Positions 62,980 to 64,000 of a stretch of 64,000 nucleotides of DNA are shown here, one piece after another. Position 1 is the first letter of the stretch. Every line of letters starts with the position of its first letter. Both the position numbers and the translations under genes were made by a program. The notes under the pieces were generated by a model that made no database searches, had not been told where the DNA came from, and worked only from the letters and a program-made list of their open reading frames with translations. Where the stretch lies: positions 89,902,001 to 89,966,000 of the forward strand of contig CM059432.1 in assembly GCA_030390025.1 (NCBI GenBank). The letters run 5' to 3'. The DNA is from Squalus acanthias (Eukaryota).

Positions 62980-63877
62980 ATCCTGAGAGAGGACAGCAGG
63001 GTCGGCCTCCACAGATACATTACCACTCCCCGGGGCAGCGCCTCAGCAATCCTAGTAATCTGATGGCGTACAGACTGATGTGACACCCTGCAAGCCTCTT
63101 TCAACACTGGTAAACCCAGCCATGATGGCAGAAGTCTGTGCTTGCGTGGCAGCAAGCTGAGCTTGCATGACTTCAGACTGAGCTTCCATTGCAGCACTCA
63201 GACGTTGGGTGGCTTCTGCTTGTGATGCAATAGAAGCTGAGACTTCGGGCCATCAGACGCGGCATGATGGTTGGGTCCACAAGTGCGTTAATGGATCTGC
63301 CCACACCTTCCACGCTGGAAAGGATGGGCTCCAAGCACTGCCCAAAGGCCTGAGAAAGGCTGAAGCTGGATTACATCATGCTCCTTGACATTGTATTAAG
63401 GCTTTCTGGCAGGCCTGTCAATGCACCAAGCATTTAGTTGTGTATACCCATCAGCGTTCTTCTGTAGGCTGCCCCATTGAAGTCTTCATCTGAGTCCTGT
63501 GCAGCAGAACTCGTGTGCGACCTCGCCCTCCAGGGAACTGGCACCTGCACTACCCTTTCCCCCAGCCCTGGCTACAGGCCACTTGTGCCTGATGACTCAC
63601 CACGTGCAGATCCCACATCTAACTTATCCTCTAAAGTACGTGGAGTGTCAGTATCTGAGCTGGTGGCTGCGAGTGCTAAATCGAGTGACGGTGTTTCTAC
63701 TTCCTCTTTTTCACTCTCCTCTCCCTCTTCTTGTTGACTCCCTGGCTGGGCAGGTTGGGTTTCTTGGGTGTCTGAAATGAGAAAGGCACAAGAGTAGGTT
63801 TGTGGTAAGGGGTGGGGTGTGAGAGGAAGCAAGAGGTGCATGCTTACACCATGTGCAGATTGTAAATCAGAAGATAT

Positions 63878-64000
63878 GGGGCCTCAACTATTCGCAATAT
63901 TTATTAACGACTTAGATGATGGCATAGAAAGTCGTATATTAAAATTTGCCGATGACACAAAGATAAGCGGCATTGTAGGCAGTGTAGATGAAAGCATAAA
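63878..64000 (+). mobile_element. CR1 RT fragment running off the window
   Basis: GPQLFAIFINDLDDG..KFADDTKISG. Confidence 0.9.

Larger units (their letters stand above)
61186..63880 (+). mobile_element. Harbinger copy A2, right end lost: transposase 5' half (ATG 61760) and Myb exon 3 on minus (63771 to about 62722)
   Basis: Terminus GGGCTAGAAAA. RCLRFTKKVLTELCHILQPDLQP, VKVTVALNFFASG, SFQAGVGDICSISQFAIHCCIRE. Acceptor tttctcatttcag|acacccaag. Confidence 0.9.

Noticed and set aside
62469..63197. 242-aa chimeric ORF
   Set aside because: Accidental read-through of Harbinger Myb exon, antisense PLE and L2 fragments.

Overview
Eukaryotic, repeat-dense vertebrate genomic DNA, most likely a cartilaginous fish (inferred from the SacSINE1/DeuSINE-like SINE and the mix of CR1, L2, Penelope and Harbinger elements). 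No intact host protein-coding exon was recognised. Nearly every ORF in the track is either a transposon remnant or noise. The window holds: (i) PIF/Harbinger DNA transposons. One copy has both ends (502-4723, AAC TSD) and encodes a decayed HARBI1-type transposase plus a convergent three-exon Myb/SANT gene; there are also partial copies, two internally deleted derivatives and several MITEs. (ii) Many CR1 LINE fragments, one retaining an ORF1 esterase domain and one near-intact in ORF2, plus a second CR1-group LINE family and L2 fragments. (iii) DeuSINE-like SINEs, Tc1/pogo-like and hAT-like MITEs, and two minisatellites. (iv) Several short Penelope-like (PLE) insertions carrying minimal hammerhead ribozymes. 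The most notable signals are: hammerhead motifs that covary across two PLE families; fold-back PLE insertions with 13-14 bp TSDs, one inverting exactly at hammerhead stem II; two apparently independent PLE insertions at the same site of the Harbinger Myb gene; a duplicated Harbinger derivative whose transposase is replaced by a PLE palindrome; and an unexplained pre-miRNA-like hairpin at 58013-58073. All family names come from motif recognition, not database searches. Boundaries without TSD support are approximate.
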